Notes: generated by a model not told the origin, from the letters alone. DNA of 64,000 nucleotides from Candidatus Limivivens sp. (GCA_034101475.1 JAXEJQ010000092.1:446-64445), one strand, 5' to 3'. Positions 1 through 10,206 are shown, numbered from the stretch's first letter. A program made the numbers and translations.

Positions 1-230
1 ACAGAAAAACGATACGCCTGAATTCCCATTTTTTTCATCAGGGCAATGTCTTCTTCAAAACGATGATACTGATCACAAGCCACGTCTCCGGTATGTCCTC
101 CGAATACTTTTCCCTCTTCCTGGCAAAAAACATCCCAGATATTCAGGCCTTTTCCATCCTCACCGGCGGCTCCTTCCACCTGATAGGAAGCTGTCGCGCC
201 TCCCCATACAAAATCTTTTTTAAAGCTCAT
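1..230 (-). CDS. GH1 beta-glucosidase/beta-glycosidase, 5' part (runs off the window's left edge)
   Basis: Not in the ORF track. My translation from ATG at 230 gives [21 protein letters not shown]...[10 protein letters not shown]...[29 protein letters not shown], the GH1 N-terminal signature. AAGGAG RBS at 242-247. Confidence 0.93.
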   Translation of the reverse strand, partial: MSFKKDFVWGGATASYQVEGAAGEDGKGLNIWDVFCQEEGKVFGGHTGDVACDQYHRFEEDIALMKKMGIQAYRFS

Positions 231-260
231 TTGTCAGATAACTCCTTTTTATTTTAACCG

Positions 261-299
261 GATCAGGCGGCAAAACGAACTGCAGCCGTCCGCCTGATC
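261..299 (-). terminator. Intercistronic stem-loop (10-bp stem) between the GH2 and GH1 genes
   Basis: gatcaggcgg (261-270) / ccgcctgatc (290-299). Terminator or mRNA-stabilising hairpin. Confidence 0.5.
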
Positions 300-2775
300 A
301 ATATGTATGATATACGTCGTAAATCCGGATCTCTCCGGTCTGTGCAGGTTCTTCCCCCCAGGCCTTCAGCAGCACCGGCCGGGAATCCGTAATGGAAACC
401 ACATTGTTCATCCAGACCGGATCAGAATCCACGCCCTCCAGCATACAATAAGGTACAAAGGTTTTGGCGGAGATCTCCACGCTGCCACCCTCCATACGGT
501 TCACAGTAAACCGGGGATCCTCAAGTTCCAGGTACTTCATCGGAACAAAGGTTTCAAATTCTGTCTTCTCCACCGTTTTCCCGTCTTCCTCATAGCGGTA
601 TTCCACACACAGAAATACGCGGTCTTCCCGATCCTTCAGCAGCTCCGCATAATCCTGCTCAAACAGGCGCTGTGCCGAAAGCGCTTTCACCTCCGCGGTC
701 ACCTCTGCCTGGGCAAGCACTGCAAAATCCAGCGTTTTCAGGGAAATCCGTGCCTGTACCTTCCGGTCTGACAGGGATTCATTGGAAATCCAGAAGCTCA
801 TGGCCGTTTCTTTCTTTTCGATGCTTCCCGCAACGGAATCGCAGAAATTCCGTGCCATATAATGCAGCGCCTTGTAACGGCCATAATAATCCATGCTGGA
901 CCAGGAGGCCACCGGCCAGTTGTCATTAAACTGCCAGTAAATGCTTCCCATGCATCTGCCCCGGTTCCGCCGCCAGTGCTCGGTAGCTTCCTTCATGGCA
1001 TAGCCCTGGAGAATCTGGCTCAGAAAAATCAGACTTTCCAGATCCCTGGGATAGCGGAAGGTTTCCGAGAGATAATACAGGATTTTGCCGTTGGCTGCCG
1101 GGTTCTTCTGATGATTTTCCATCACTCTGGAAAACAGATTCCGGTCCTTTTCTTCCGTAAAGGTTTCCACGGTTTTGATGGAAGGCAGAGACTGGAAGCC
1201 GAATTCCGAGCAGAAGCGGAAGTAATGCTTCTGATACTCACTGAAGGGCTTCTGACCGTGCCAGACATCCCAGTAATGGCAGTCCCCGCGGTTTTCGTCT
1301 CCCGGCTCATCAAAGCTTCCTCCGGAAGACGGCGAGGAAGGCCAGTAAAAGGTATCCGGCGCCAGCTCTTTTACAATTGCCGGCAGAATATACTCAAACT
1401 GCAGCAGATAATCCCGTTTCAGAGAGGGCGTATGGCCCTGGGCATCCTTCCAGTCTGTCCAGGCCGTCTCCATTTCATTGTTTCCGCAGATCAGAGCCAG
1501 GCAGGCGTGATTGCGGAAGCGCAGCAGATTGTCCCTGGTTTCCTGACTGATGTTCTCAATGAAGGCCGGATTCAGGTCATAGATATTGCAGGCATACATC
1601 AGATCCTGCCAGAGCAGAATTCCATATTCATCACACAGATCATAGAATTCATCCGAGGGATAATAACCGCCGCCCCAGACCCGCAGACAGTTGAAATTGG
1701 CAAAAACAGCCGCCTCCACATCCCGCTTCAGAACCTCTCTGGTTATGCGGGAATAGAAACAGTCATCCGGAATATAATCCGCGCCCCGGGCGAAGATCTT
1801 TACCCCGTTTACCTGGATGGCAAACTCCTGCCCCCAGGCATCCTCTTCCCGGGACACCGTCACCGTCCGCAGTCCGATCCGGTATTCCTTCTGTTCGGTT
1901 CCATCCTCCGGCGTCCGCAGAGACACCCGAACCGTATAGAGCGGCTGGGAACCACAGCCATGGGGCCACCAGAGCTGCGGTTCCGGAATATTCACCGCGG
2001 GTCCAGGCCCCTGATACAGCCTCGTTCCCTCCGGATCCAGTACCTCATAGGAAAGATCCGCCCCGGAAAGGTCTTCTCCCAGCACCTCTGTCTCCAGAGA
2101 AAGGGTAACCCGTTCCGGTACCGTCACAGTCTCCGGTACTGTACCGTCTGCCGCCGTACACATCAAATGCTGCTGCCGGATCAAAGTCTCTCCCAGACGT
2201 GCCTTCTGATAGCAGCACAGCTCGATTTTCCGGAAAATCCCCACATCCGGAAGCTTGGGGCCCCAGTCCCAGCCAAACATGGAATGGGCTTTCCGGAGGT
2301 ATTGTCCGCCCATCATGGTCCCGGTATTCGCCAGATGGATCTCTCTCCCCTTTTCCGGCTGATAGGCTTCAATAAAGCGAATCGGAGAGGTCATGTGAAG
2401 CTCCAGCAGATTTTCGCCCTCCTTCACCAGATCCCGGACGGAAAACCTCCAGATCCGATGCATATTTTCCGTGTGTCCCAGCCTGACCCCATTCAGAAAA
2501 AGGTCGGCAACGGTATCAATCCCGTAAAAGGTCAGAATCAGATTGCCGCAGGCAAGCTCTTCCGGCGTCACTTCAAAAACACCCTGGATATCAAAATCAT
2601 GTCGAAAAAAATCCGTCCATTTTGATTCATTCAGTCCGTCATAGGGATCCGGCAGAATCCCCTCCCGGAAGAAGGTATCCATGGCGGAACCAGGAATCGT
2701 CATGGGATACCAGTCCGAAGTACCCGAAACCCGGATTCGGAACTGGCTGTCAATGGTTCTTTTTTGCATACTCAT
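298..2775 (-). CDS. GH2 beta-mannosidase
   Basis: 825 aa; GIDT, RKAHSMFGWDWGP, GADYIPDD, NCLRVWGGGYY, WQDLMYAC, GNNE and SEFGFQS motifs typical of GH2 beta-mannosidases. Confidence 0.88.
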   Translation of the reverse strand: MSMQKRTIDSQFRIRVSGTSDWYPMTIPGSAMDTFFREGILPDPYDGLNESKWTDFFRHDFDIQGVFEVTPEELACGNLILTFYGIDTVADLFLNGVRLGHTENMHRIWRFSVRDLVKEGENLLELHMTSPIRFIEAYQPEKGREIHLANTGTMMGGQYLRKAHSMFGWDWGPKLPDVGIFRKIELCCYQKARLGETLIRQQHLMCTAADGTVPETVTVPERVTLSLETEVLGEDLSGADLSYEVLDPEGTRLYQGPGPAVNIPEPQLWWPHGCGSQPLYTVRVSLRTPEDGTEQKEYRIGLRTVTVSREEDAWGQEFAIQVNGVKIFARGADYIPDDCFYSRITREVLKRDVEAAVFANFNCLRVWGGGYYPSDEFYDLCDEYGILLWQDLMYACNIYDLNPAFIENISQETRDNLLRFRNHACLALICGNNEMETAWTDWKDAQGHTPSLKRDYLLQFEYILPAIVKELAPDTFYWPSSPSSGGSFDEPGDENRGDCHYWDVWHGQKPFSEYQKHYFRFCSEFGFQSLPSIKTVETFTEEKDRNLFSRVMENHQKNPAANGKILYYLSETFRYPRDLESLIFLSQILQGYAMKEATEHWRRNRGRCMGSIYWQFNDNWPVASWSSMDYYGRYKALHYMARNFCDSVAGSIEKKETAMSFWISNESLSDRKVQARISLKTLDFAVLAQAEVTAEVKALSAQRLFEQDYAELLKDREDRVFLCVEYRYEEDGKTVEKTEFETFVPMKYLELEDPRFTVNRMEGGSVEISAKTFVPYCMLEGVDSDPVWMNNVVSITDSRPVLLKAWGEEPAQTGEIRIYDVYHTY

Positions 2776-2824
2776 TCAGGTCCTTTCTCGCTCATTCTTG
2801 GAACAGACAGACTGCCTGCCCCTG

Positions 2825-4462
2825 TTATTCCGCCGTTTCGTAGCGGAACCATTCAAAATCTGCCCAGGCCCGCTGTCCCTGCAGATCCTGCACACACATT
2901 CCAACAAAGGCCCCGGTAAAGCCCAGGGTATAGTCATCCGACAGGATACGGGCCTGAAGAACAGGCCCAAACTTCTTCTTTTTTGCGCTGCTGACGCTGA
3001 AGAACTGCACCAGGTCCTCCTGCACCTCCAGGCCCAGCTCAAAATCCGGTCCCTCCAGCCGCTCTCTGGCCTGCAGAACCGTTTTCCCGCCGCAAACCGT
3101 CAGCAGATACAGGGCGGTTCCGTCCAGCTCCTCATCAAAGGTAACACAGGCGTAGTATTGATTTTTCTCATCATACCGGTAAATCAGACCGGCGCCCTGC
3201 TGAAAAGAGGTCGGCGCAAAACAGAAGCGGACAGATGCCCGGAAGGAAAGCTCCGTCTGCCTCCTGGCCAGCAGCGCCTGATAAAAGGTGGAATAAATCG
3301 ATTCTTTTCCGTATATCCGCAGAAAACCTTCCCGTTCATGAATGGTCATTCCGGTCATTTCATAGGGAATCCGAAGGGTCTGAAAATCCTTCCGGAACGT
3401 TTCATCGGTAAACCGGTATTCCCGGCAGACCGCTTCTGCTTTCGGCGCTACGCTGCCGTCCCCGTCCGAAACGGAAAAAAATTCCTTCGGTGTCCGGCAG
3501 CCATCCTTCAGCACCGGCCAGCCATCCTCCCAGGCAACCTCCTGTATCGCTGTCTCTCTTCCCAGCGGGCAGAAATGGGTTCCCGGAAGAGGTCTGGAGC
3601 AGAGATGGGCCAGATACCAGCTTCCATCCGTTCCCTGGCAGAGACTGCCATGCCCCGCTTTCTGCAGAAAACTGCTTCCCAGGCCGTCCCGTTCCATCTC
3701 CGCCTCCATTTTCGTCCGGTCATAGCTTCCCTCCCAGGAAGACAGCAGCGGATTCTTCGGATGAATTTCATAAGGACCGTCAATCTGCCGGCTGCGGGCC
3801 ACGCTGACCGCATGGAACCAGCTTGTGCCTCCCTCGGCACACATCAGATAATAATATCCCTCATGCCAGTAGAGATGAGGACCTTCCGTGCTGCCGATGG
3901 CGGTTCCGGTAAAAATCCGTTTCGGCGAGCCGATCAGTTTTTTCTCTGTCGTGCTGTATTCCTGAAGCAGAATTCCGGTGAAGGGATGGTCACCTCCAAG
4001 GCCAAGGATTTTCCGGTAATCCCATTCCATGTTGACCAGCCATTTCCTGCCGTCCCGGTCATGGAACAGGGACGGATCAAAACCGCTGGAATTTAAGTAA
4101 ACCGGTGCAGACCAGGGGCCCCGAAGGTCCCGGGCACAGATCAGATAGTTGGGGGTATCCATGGGCGGATACTCCCGGGCATTATGGACAACGGTATAAA
4201 TCAGGTAAAAAAGCTCTCCGTCATAGCTTAAACAGGGCGCCCAGATGCCATCCGAGGCAGGCACGCCCCGCAGATCCGCCATTTCCGTCGAATCCAGCGG
4301 CGCACAGAGATATTCCCAGTCCGCCAGATTCCGGGAGTGGTAAATCCGCACTCCGGGAAACCATTCAAAAGTAGATGTTGCCAGATAATAGTCCTCCCCC
4401 ACCCGGATCAGAGAAGGGTCGGGATGAAATCCCCGCAAAACCGGATTTTGAATCTGCATCAT
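2825..4462 (-). CDS. GH43 beta-xylosidase/arabinofuranosidase with C-terminal beta-sandwich
   Basis: NPVLRGFHPDPS..RVGEDYYLATSTFEWFPGV, WAP, GFDPSLF, TEGPHLY. Start moved to the MMQIQ ATG (4462) after an AAAGGAGG RBS. Confidence 0.9.
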   Translation of the reverse strand: MMQIQNPVLRGFHPDPSLIRVGEDYYLATSTFEWFPGVRIYHSRNLADWEYLCAPLDSTEMADLRGVPASDGIWAPCLSYDGELFYLIYTVVHNAREYPPMDTPNYLICARDLRGPWSAPVYLNSSGFDPSLFHDRDGRKWLVNMEWDYRKILGLGGDHPFTGILLQEYSTTEKKLIGSPKRIFTGTAIGSTEGPHLYWHEGYYYLMCAEGGTSWFHAVSVARSRQIDGPYEIHPKNPLLSSWEGSYDRTKMEAEMERDGLGSSFLQKAGHGSLCQGTDGSWYLAHLCSRPLPGTHFCPLGRETAIQEVAWEDGWPVLKDGCRTPKEFFSVSDGDGSVAPKAEAVCREYRFTDETFRKDFQTLRIPYEMTGMTIHEREGFLRIYGKESIYSTFYQALLARRQTELSFRASVRFCFAPTSFQQGAGLIYRYDEKNQYYACVTFDEELDGTALYLLTVCGGKTVLQARERLEGPDFELGLEVQEDLVQFFSVSSAKKKKFGPVLQARILSDDYTLGFTGAFVGMCVQDLQGQRAWADFEWFRYETAE

Positions 4463-4521
4463 AATTCCTCCTTTATGATAAAGCAATCGCTCATGAAAAA
4501 GAAAGGGAGCCACAGGCCCCC

Positions 4522-5343
4522 TTACCTTTTCTGAAAAACGTGGGATTCCGTATAGGAAATTCCAATACTCTTTTCATTGTACAAGAGTTTATATCCATTA
4601 TCAAGCAGGATTTTTTCTCCGATTTCCGGATTTTTTAAAATCGCCTCCGCTGCCCTCCGGTAATCCTCAATACAGGAAGCATCCAGGGGACATTCATGAT
4701 GGCCCGGCCAGATCTGTTCAAACAGATCCTTTTTTTCCAGAAGCTTTTCCGCCGTTTCGCCGAATTCCTCCACGGAAGCCGAATGCTCGAAATACACCAG
4801 AACTTCCCGGTTGCACACCGTATCACCAGAGAAAAGACAGGCATTTTCCCGATCCAGCAGGCAGATACTTCCCCGGGTGTGGCCCGGCGTTTCAATGACC
4901 TCAAGGGTTCTTCCGCCAAGCGCAATCCGGTCTCCCTCTTTGATGAAAGAAAGGTTCTCCGGCATGTTCGCTTCTTCCAGAAAAGCAGCTTCCTCCGGCG
5001 TCAGCAAAACTCCGAACAGCTCGCTGAAACGCTTCATCTGCCGTGCCCGGGTTTCCCGGTCAAAGCCTTCCTTCAGAACCTGCACATCCTGTTCGTGGAT
5101 CAGACATTCCCCAAATGCGCCTGCCGCACCCGTATGGTCAAAATGACCATGGGTCAGAACCACAGAAACCGGTTTGTCCGTCAGAGACGCCACCGTTTCC
5201 TTCAGACCGCTGAAGCCGTTTCCGGCATCCAGCAGGACAGCCCGGTCTGCTCCCTCGATCAGGTACAGATAGGTCCGGAAAGGATCCTCAAGCTGCCAGG
5301 TATGTCTATCCAGTCTGCGGACTTTATAATTTAGATTCTCCAT
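4522..5343 (-). CDS. Metallo-beta-lactamase-fold hydrolase
   Basis: THGHFDHTG, TPGHTRGS, FSGD and PGH metal-ligand motifs. Start overlaps the upstream permease stop (TGATG). Confidence 0.85.
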   Translation of the reverse strand: MENLNYKVRRLDRHTWQLEDPFRTYLYLIEGADRAVLLDAGNGFSGLKETVASLTDKPVSVVLTHGHFDHTGAAGAFGECLIHEQDVQVLKEGFDRETRARQMKRFSELFGVLLTPEEAAFLEEANMPENLSFIKEGDRIALGGRTLEVIETPGHTRGSICLLDRENACLFSGDTVCNREVLVYFEHSASVEEFGETAEKLLEKKDLFEQIWPGHHECPLDASCIEDYRRAAEAILKNPEIGEKILLDNGYKLLYNEKSIGISYTESHVFQKR

Positions 5344-6176
5344 CAGCCTTTCACACTTCCTGCCACGATACCTTCAATGATATAGCGCTGTCCGAACATA
5401 TACAGAATCATAACCGGCAGCATGGTCAGAACCAGACCTGCCATCATGGGCGCGTAATCAGCAGAATGGCTTGCCAGGAACGCATAGGTCATCAGCGGCA
5501 GCGTCTTCACTTCCTTCAGGGAAAGCAGCGTACTTGCCAGAATGTAATCGTTCCAGATGGACAGTGCCACAAATACCACATTGGTCATGGTAATGGGCTT
5601 CAGCAGCGGGAAAATAATCTTAAAGAAGGTTTTCTCCGCGGAAGCGCCGTCGATCAGGGCCGCTTCATCCAGCTCCGCCGGAATTCCTGTGATAAAGCCG
5701 CTGTACAGGAAGGTGGGGGAAGGAATATTCAGGCCGATGTGAATAAAGGTTACCAGCCAGATATTGTTGGTCAGTCCCAGGCCGCCGCCGTACAGTTTTA
5801 CCAGCGGAATCATGATAACCTGGAAAGGAACAACCATAGCTGCAACCAGGATCATATAGAAGGCCTTTGTAATTTTCCACTTTTTACGGGTCAATACGTA
5901 TGCGTTCATGGAGCTTAAAATAACGCTGACGCCGGTTGCGATCACACAGATCAGAATTGAATTCTTAAAGGAATTCAAAAACTGCATGGTGTTAAACGCA
6001 TTCACATAGTTTTCCCCATGAACGGTGGTTGGCCAGCTGAAGGGATTTGCAACAAATTCCGTTGACAGCTTAAAGCTGTTCAGGATTACCAGGAAAAATG
6101 GGATGATAAAAAACACTGCCAGCAGCAATACAATGATGAATACAAGGACGGTGGATTTTGTTTTCTTCGCCTGCAT
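5343..6176 (-). CDS. Carbohydrate ABC transporter permease (MalG-like)
   Basis: Hydrophobic helices and EAA loop ELDEAALIDGAS. Confidence 0.92.
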   Translation of the reverse strand: MQAKKTKSTVLVFIIVLLLAVFFIIPFFLVILNSFKLSTEFVANPFSWPTTVHGENYVNAFNTMQFLNSFKNSILICVIATGVSVILSSMNAYVLTRKKWKITKAFYMILVAAMVVPFQVIMIPLVKLYGGGLGLTNNIWLVTFIHIGLNIPSPTFLYSGFITGIPAELDEAALIDGASAEKTFFKIIFPLLKPITMTNVVFVALSIWNDYILASTLLSLKEVKTLPLMTYAFLASHSADYAPMMAGLVLTMLPVMILYMFGQRYIIEGIVAGSVKG

Positions 6177-7051
6177 TATGCCTGCACCTCCCCTTTCTTC
6201 GATACGGATACCTGAATCATTGAAATAATCGCAACAATAACAAACAGTACCAATGCCTCTGCCTGGCCCTTGCCATAGTCAAAGTTACTGAACGCCGTCT
6301 GGTAAATCTTCAATGCCAGAAGCTCTGTAGACTTGAAGGGACCGCCTGCAGTCAGGGTCAGGTTCACATCAAAGGACATGAACGCTCTGGAAATTGCCAT
6401 AAATACGCAGATGGTAATGGAAGAACGGATCATCGGGATCTTAATATAGCGCAGAAGCTGCCAGGGTGTGGTTCCGTCAATTCTGGCTGCTTCCAGCATA
6501 TCCTTGGAAACATTGGTCAGACCGGCTACATAGATAACCATCAGATAGCCGCTTAACTGCCATACAGCCACGACAATTAAGGCAACCATTGCCATGGTGG
6601 GATTGGTCAGCCAGGACGTTTCAAAAATACCGATTCCCGTAACCTCTCCGACCTTTGTCAGGGCAAAGGAGAAAATATAGTTCCAGATATAACCCATTAC
6701 CACACCGCCGATCATGTTCGCGGCAAAAAAGCAGGTACGGAACAGACCCTGAAGCTTAATTCCAAAGGTCAGTAAAAGTGCGAGCGCCAGTCCTAAAACA
6801 TTACTGAGCACAACTACGAAAAATACATAAATAAAAGTCTTGATCAGAGAAGTCAGGAATGTTTTATCTGTGAAAATCGCCAGATAGTTTGTAAATCCTA
6901 CCATATCGTAAGTCGGTGACAGACCGTTCCAGTTTGTGAAGGTCAGATAAATACCATAAATCAGCGGAATGACTACGATCAGTGCCCAGATCAGCATGGG
7001 AGGAATGACAAATTCACAGAACAGCCTGATTTCATTTTTCTTCTTTTTCAT
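6176..7051 (-). CDS. Carbohydrate ABC transporter permease (MalF-like)
   Basis: EAA loop DMLEAARIDGTT. Start moved to MKKKKNE (7051, AGGAGG RBS); the track's upstream extension crosses a repeat. Confidence 0.92.
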   Translation of the reverse strand: MKKKKNEIRLFCEFVIPPMLIWALIVVIPLIYGIYLTFTNWNGLSPTYDMVGFTNYLAIFTDKTFLTSLIKTFIYVFFVVVLSNVLGLALALLLTFGIKLQGLFRTCFFAANMIGGVVMGYIWNYIFSFALTKVGEVTGIGIFETSWLTNPTMAMVALIVVAVWQLSGYLMVIYVAGLTNVSKDMLEAARIDGTTPWQLLRYIKIPMIRSSITICVFMAISRAFMSFDVNLTLTAGGPFKSTELLALKIYQTAFSNFDYGKGQAEALVLFVIVAIISMIQVSVSKKGEVQA

Positions 7052-7135
7052 CGGACGCCTCCTGATTGCTTTGATTTTGCGCAGGGACTCACTGCCGGAA
7101 ATTCCAGCGGTTCTGAAATTCTTCATCTGCAAGAT

Positions 7136-7194
7136 GGGCAGGATTGTTGGAGTGCGAAGCACGGAACAATCCGTATGGCATCTTTTGACCCCAA
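7136..7194. repeat. Interspersed repeat family 1, right-end type copy
   Basis: 59 bp, one mismatch to 22746-22804 (gggcaggattgt[t/g]ggagtgcgaagcacggaacaatccgtatggcatcttttgaccccaa). Confidence 0.9.
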
Positions 7195-7291
7195 CATCTC
7201 TGCAATGAATCATCTCAAGGAATCACCCTCATTCGTATGGAATCATCCGTATGCGAATTTCCATCCATGAAAAAATTCCCGACAGTGATAA

Positions 7292-7319
7292 ATGGAGATG
7301 ACCCGAAAGCCATCTCCAT
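7292..7319 (-). terminator. Stem-loop downstream of the solute-binding protein gene
   Basis: atggagatg / catctccat 9-bp stem, in the usual position of an SBP-mRNA stabiliser or partial terminator. Confidence 0.5.
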
Positions 7320-7341
7320 CCTGAAATACAGCTATTTGGGA

Positions 7342-8637
7342 TTACTGTGCCTGCCAGTATGCCTGAATTGCATCGGCTGCTGCATCTCGATCCATCATAC
7401 CTACCAGATACTGCTGCATAACTGCACCATTCTCAGACCAGAAATCAGACGGAAGCAGGGAAGAGAACGCATAGGTGCTGGAGGTCTGCTCTGCTGCAAC
7501 ATAAGCCTGGGTAGCATTTCCCAGAGGGCTTGCTACGGTTACGTCTACGCCGCTGAACGGAAGTGTAATGGACAGCGCATCAGACATATCCTGTGCTCTT
7601 TCGATGGTCAGATACTCTACCAGCTTCTTGCCTGCTTCCTGCTGTGCCTCATCGTTCTTGCTGCCGTCAATGCAGTAGCCCTTTGCCGGGAATACGCCAA
7701 GCTGCTGATTCAGCGGATCTTCTGCATTGCCGTTCAGCGGGCAGGGCATAATACCATATTCGTCTTCCGGATTTGCAACGCTTTCCAGATAAGACCATGC
7801 CCAGTCACCCATGAACCACATTGCAACGTTGCCTGCTGCCATTGCCTGTCCATCCAGCTCAGTGTTTCCGATCAGAGGATCTTTGGAGTTGTAGTTATAT
7901 TTTGCAATGATATCAAATGTATCCATAACGCCGTTCCATACATCGTTGCTCTTCAGCTCGATGGAACCGTCTTTTACGCCTTCAATGAAAGCAACCTGAG
8001 CATCTGCATCACCCTGTGCACCGGAGAATACCTGGCTTAAGAAGTGAGAACCCAAGGACCAGTCAACACCTGTGAACATAATCGGAGCTACACCGCCTGC
8101 CTGGATTTTCTCACACAGAGCTTCCAGATCTGCGTTGCTCTTGATGTTTGCCGGATCAAAAGCTTCGCCGGTTGCTTTTTCAATGGTAGTCTTGTTGTAA
8201 ACAATACCCATGGACTGTACGGAGTTCGGAACACCGTATACGTTTCCTTCTGCATCTTTGAAGATATCCAGATAGGAAGGATCGGTATGATCTGCAATCC
8301 AGGTATCCGTGCCTTCCAGATCATAAGCTGCAAGGTTTGCGATGTTTTCCTGAATGTCAATGGCATCCATTAATGATACAGTGGGTGCATCGCCGCTGTT
8401 GTACAGAGTCATCCATTTCTGCTTCTCACTGCTGTCGTAAGCGATGTAGTTTACGGTGATGTCCGGATTCTCTGCCATAAAGTCTGCGCAGAACTGCTCA
8501 AACTCTGCATCATGTCCCGGAACAGTGGTGTACAGGGAAATTGTGGTTCCCTCTGCGTTGGTGAATACGGGTGCGGCCATAGCCATGGAAAGTGCTAAAG
8601 TACCGCAAAGAACTGTTGCTACTGCTTTTCTTTTCAT
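7342..8637 (-). CDS. Sugar ABC transporter solute-binding protein
   Basis: 431 aa, signal peptide, YGVPNSVQSMGIVYNK and AMWFMGDW segments typical of family-1 SBPs; upstream of two permeases. Confidence 0.88.
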   Translation of the reverse strand: MKRKAVATVLCGTLALSMAMAAPVFTNAEGTTISLYTTVPGHDAEFEQFCADFMAENPDITVNYIAYDSSEKQKWMTLYNSGDAPTVSLMDAIDIQENIANLAAYDLEGTDTWIADHTDPSYLDIFKDAEGNVYGVPNSVQSMGIVYNKTTIEKATGEAFDPANIKSNADLEALCEKIQAGGVAPIMFTGVDWSLGSHFLSQVFSGAQGDADAQVAFIEGVKDGSIELKSNDVWNGVMDTFDIIAKYNYNSKDPLIGNTELDGQAMAAGNVAMWFMGDWAWSYLESVANPEDEYGIMPCPLNGNAEDPLNQQLGVFPAKGYCIDGSKNDEAQQEAGKKLVEYLTIERAQDMSDALSITLPFSGVDVTVASPLGNATQAYVAAEQTSSTYAFSSLLPSDFWSENGAVMQQYLVGMMDRDAAADAIQAYWQAQ

Positions 8638-8736
8638 AAGGTGTGCCCTCCTTGATATTTTTCCCGGTTCTGAGCCGGGTGATTTATAAATTTATATTTA
8701 AGCTTTTCAGCTCAATATCGTTTTTTCCGGAGCTCC

Positions 8737-8830
8737 GGGAAACATTCTCCTGCTGTTCCCCTGCTGCGCTTCTGTGATATTCCATATTTTGGTATATTCC
8801 ATATATTCCATATTCAGGAAATCGTTTTCC
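8737..8830. promoter_or_regulatory. Two LacI-type operator candidates upstream of the SBP operon
   Basis: GGGAAACATTCTCC (8737-8750) and GGAAATCGTTTTCC (8817-8830), near-palindromes of the LacI-family AAxCGxTT type. Confidence 0.5.
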
Positions 8831-8867
8831 TGCTTTCTCAAAAAAAATATCCCTGGCGAAAATCCGG

Positions 8868-9881
8868 TTATATCCCATCGCGGATCCTTTTTGTGGAGCT
8901 TCTGCGCACCAGCTGATAGGGAAAATAAATCCATCTTTTTTCTCTTTCCATGGCTGTCTCACCGAACAGCGCATCATAAAAAATCTCTCCCTGCCGGAAC
9001 ATCCGAACCGTTGAAAGAGGCGGATCGAAAAAATCCGAAACAGAATCATCCATTCCAAAGACCGAGATATCCTCCGGAACCTGAATCTTCAGAGACTTCA
9101 GGAAACGGATAACGCCGATGGCAATGATATCAGACCCTGTCACAACTGCCGTGGGAAGCCGGAGACTGTTCTCATAAATCTGCCGCATTCCCTGCATGCC
9201 GGCCTCCGTGGTAAAGTCCCTCTGCACCACGTAAGACGACGGAACCTCCAGCCCTGCCTCCTCCATGGCATCCAGAAACCCCCGAAGCCGCAGACAGCCG
9301 TTGGTATAATCTTCTTCTCTGCCGCCAACATAGGCAATCCTGCGGTGACCTTCGCCGATCAGGAAATTCGTAATATCCCGTGCAACACCGTAGCTGTCCA
9401 CGGTAACCGTGTGAAACTCACATTTTCCGTTTTCCGGTCCCTGATTTCCCAGCACCACCGGGCATGGAAACTGCCGGAGCTTTTCCATCAGCTGGTCAGT
9501 CAGATGAACCCCCTGGAAAATCAGACCGTCTATATTCCGCTCCAGCATCCGGTCCAGAAGAACCAGGGCTTTCTCATTGTCAAAGTCATAATCACAGGCA
9601 ATCACAATCTTATTATTCCGCATGCAGACATCGCTGATCTGCTTTAAGTGAATGGCCGTGATCGGATTGCGCAGGTCTGCTTCCAGCACTGCCACCAGGA
9701 AGGTATTTTTCGTAACCAGGCTCCTGGCCGCCGCATTGGGCCGGAAATGAAACTTTTCAATGCTCGCCATCACCCGAAATCGCAGCTCTTCGCTGACCGT
9801 TTTGGAACCATTGATCACTCGGGAAACGGTGGAGACGGAAACCTGAGCATCTGCCGCAATATCCTTAATCGTAACTTCCAT
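8868..9881 (-). CDS. LacI-family transcriptional regulator (paralogue A)
   Basis: TIKDIAADAQVSVSTVSRVIN helix-turn-helix, ARSL hinge helix, periplasmic-binding-like sensor domain. Confidence 0.95.
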   Translation of the reverse strand: MEVTIKDIAADAQVSVSTVSRVINGSKTVSEELRFRVMASIEKFHFRPNAAARSLVTKNTFLVAVLEADLRNPITAIHLKQISDVCMRNNKIVIACDYDFDNEKALVLLDRMLERNIDGLIFQGVHLTDQLMEKLRQFPCPVVLGNQGPENGKCEFHTVTVDSYGVARDITNFLIGEGHRRIAYVGGREEDYTNGCLRLRGFLDAMEEAGLEVPSSYVVQRDFTTEAGMQGMRQIYENSLRLPTAVVTGSDIIAIGVIRFLKSLKIQVPEDISVFGMDDSVSDFFDPPLSTVRMFRQGEIFYDALFGETAMEREKRWIYFPYQLVRRSSTKRIRDGI

Positions 9882-9902
9882 TGCATCTCCGTCTCCCTTC
9901 TG

Positions 9903-10059
9903 TGATAACGTTTTCCTGTTCTGTTGATGATACTACCACAGTCCTCCAAACATTTCAACTGTATTTTCGTATTTTTCCGTCACTTCGTTTATTTTCAACA
10001 AATTTGAACTTTTATTTTTGTACACAATTACTTGCTCAAGTAAGGAAAAGGTTTTCCTT
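9903..10059. promoter_or_regulatory. LacI-type operator candidates upstream of LacI paralogue A
   Basis: TGATAACGTTTTCC (9903-9916) and AAGGAAAAGGTTTTCCTT (10042-10059); same half-site as 8817-8830. Confidence 0.45.
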
Positions 10060-10133
10060 TCAGGATTTTCTTGCGAATCTGGTGCGGGATTCGGCTCTGA
10101 GAGGTTGGCTCTGAACGGCTCCTGTGATTTTTT

Positions 10134-10165
10134 TAAAAAAAGATGCTGCCCTTTCGGGCAGCATC
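10134..10165 (-). terminator. Rho-independent terminator of LacI paralogue B
   Basis: gatgctgccc-tttc-gggcagcatc followed by a T run on the minus strand. Confidence 0.75.
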
Positions 10166-10206
10166 CCTGACGAAACCTTTTTCCGTTACTTCCCCAATCC
10201 CGGGCT

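Noticed and set aside
8778-8815. Short ATATTCCAT repeats upstream of the SBP operon as a separate system
   Set aside because: Three 9-bp copies in an AT-rich promoter region; may be incidental and cannot be supported further.
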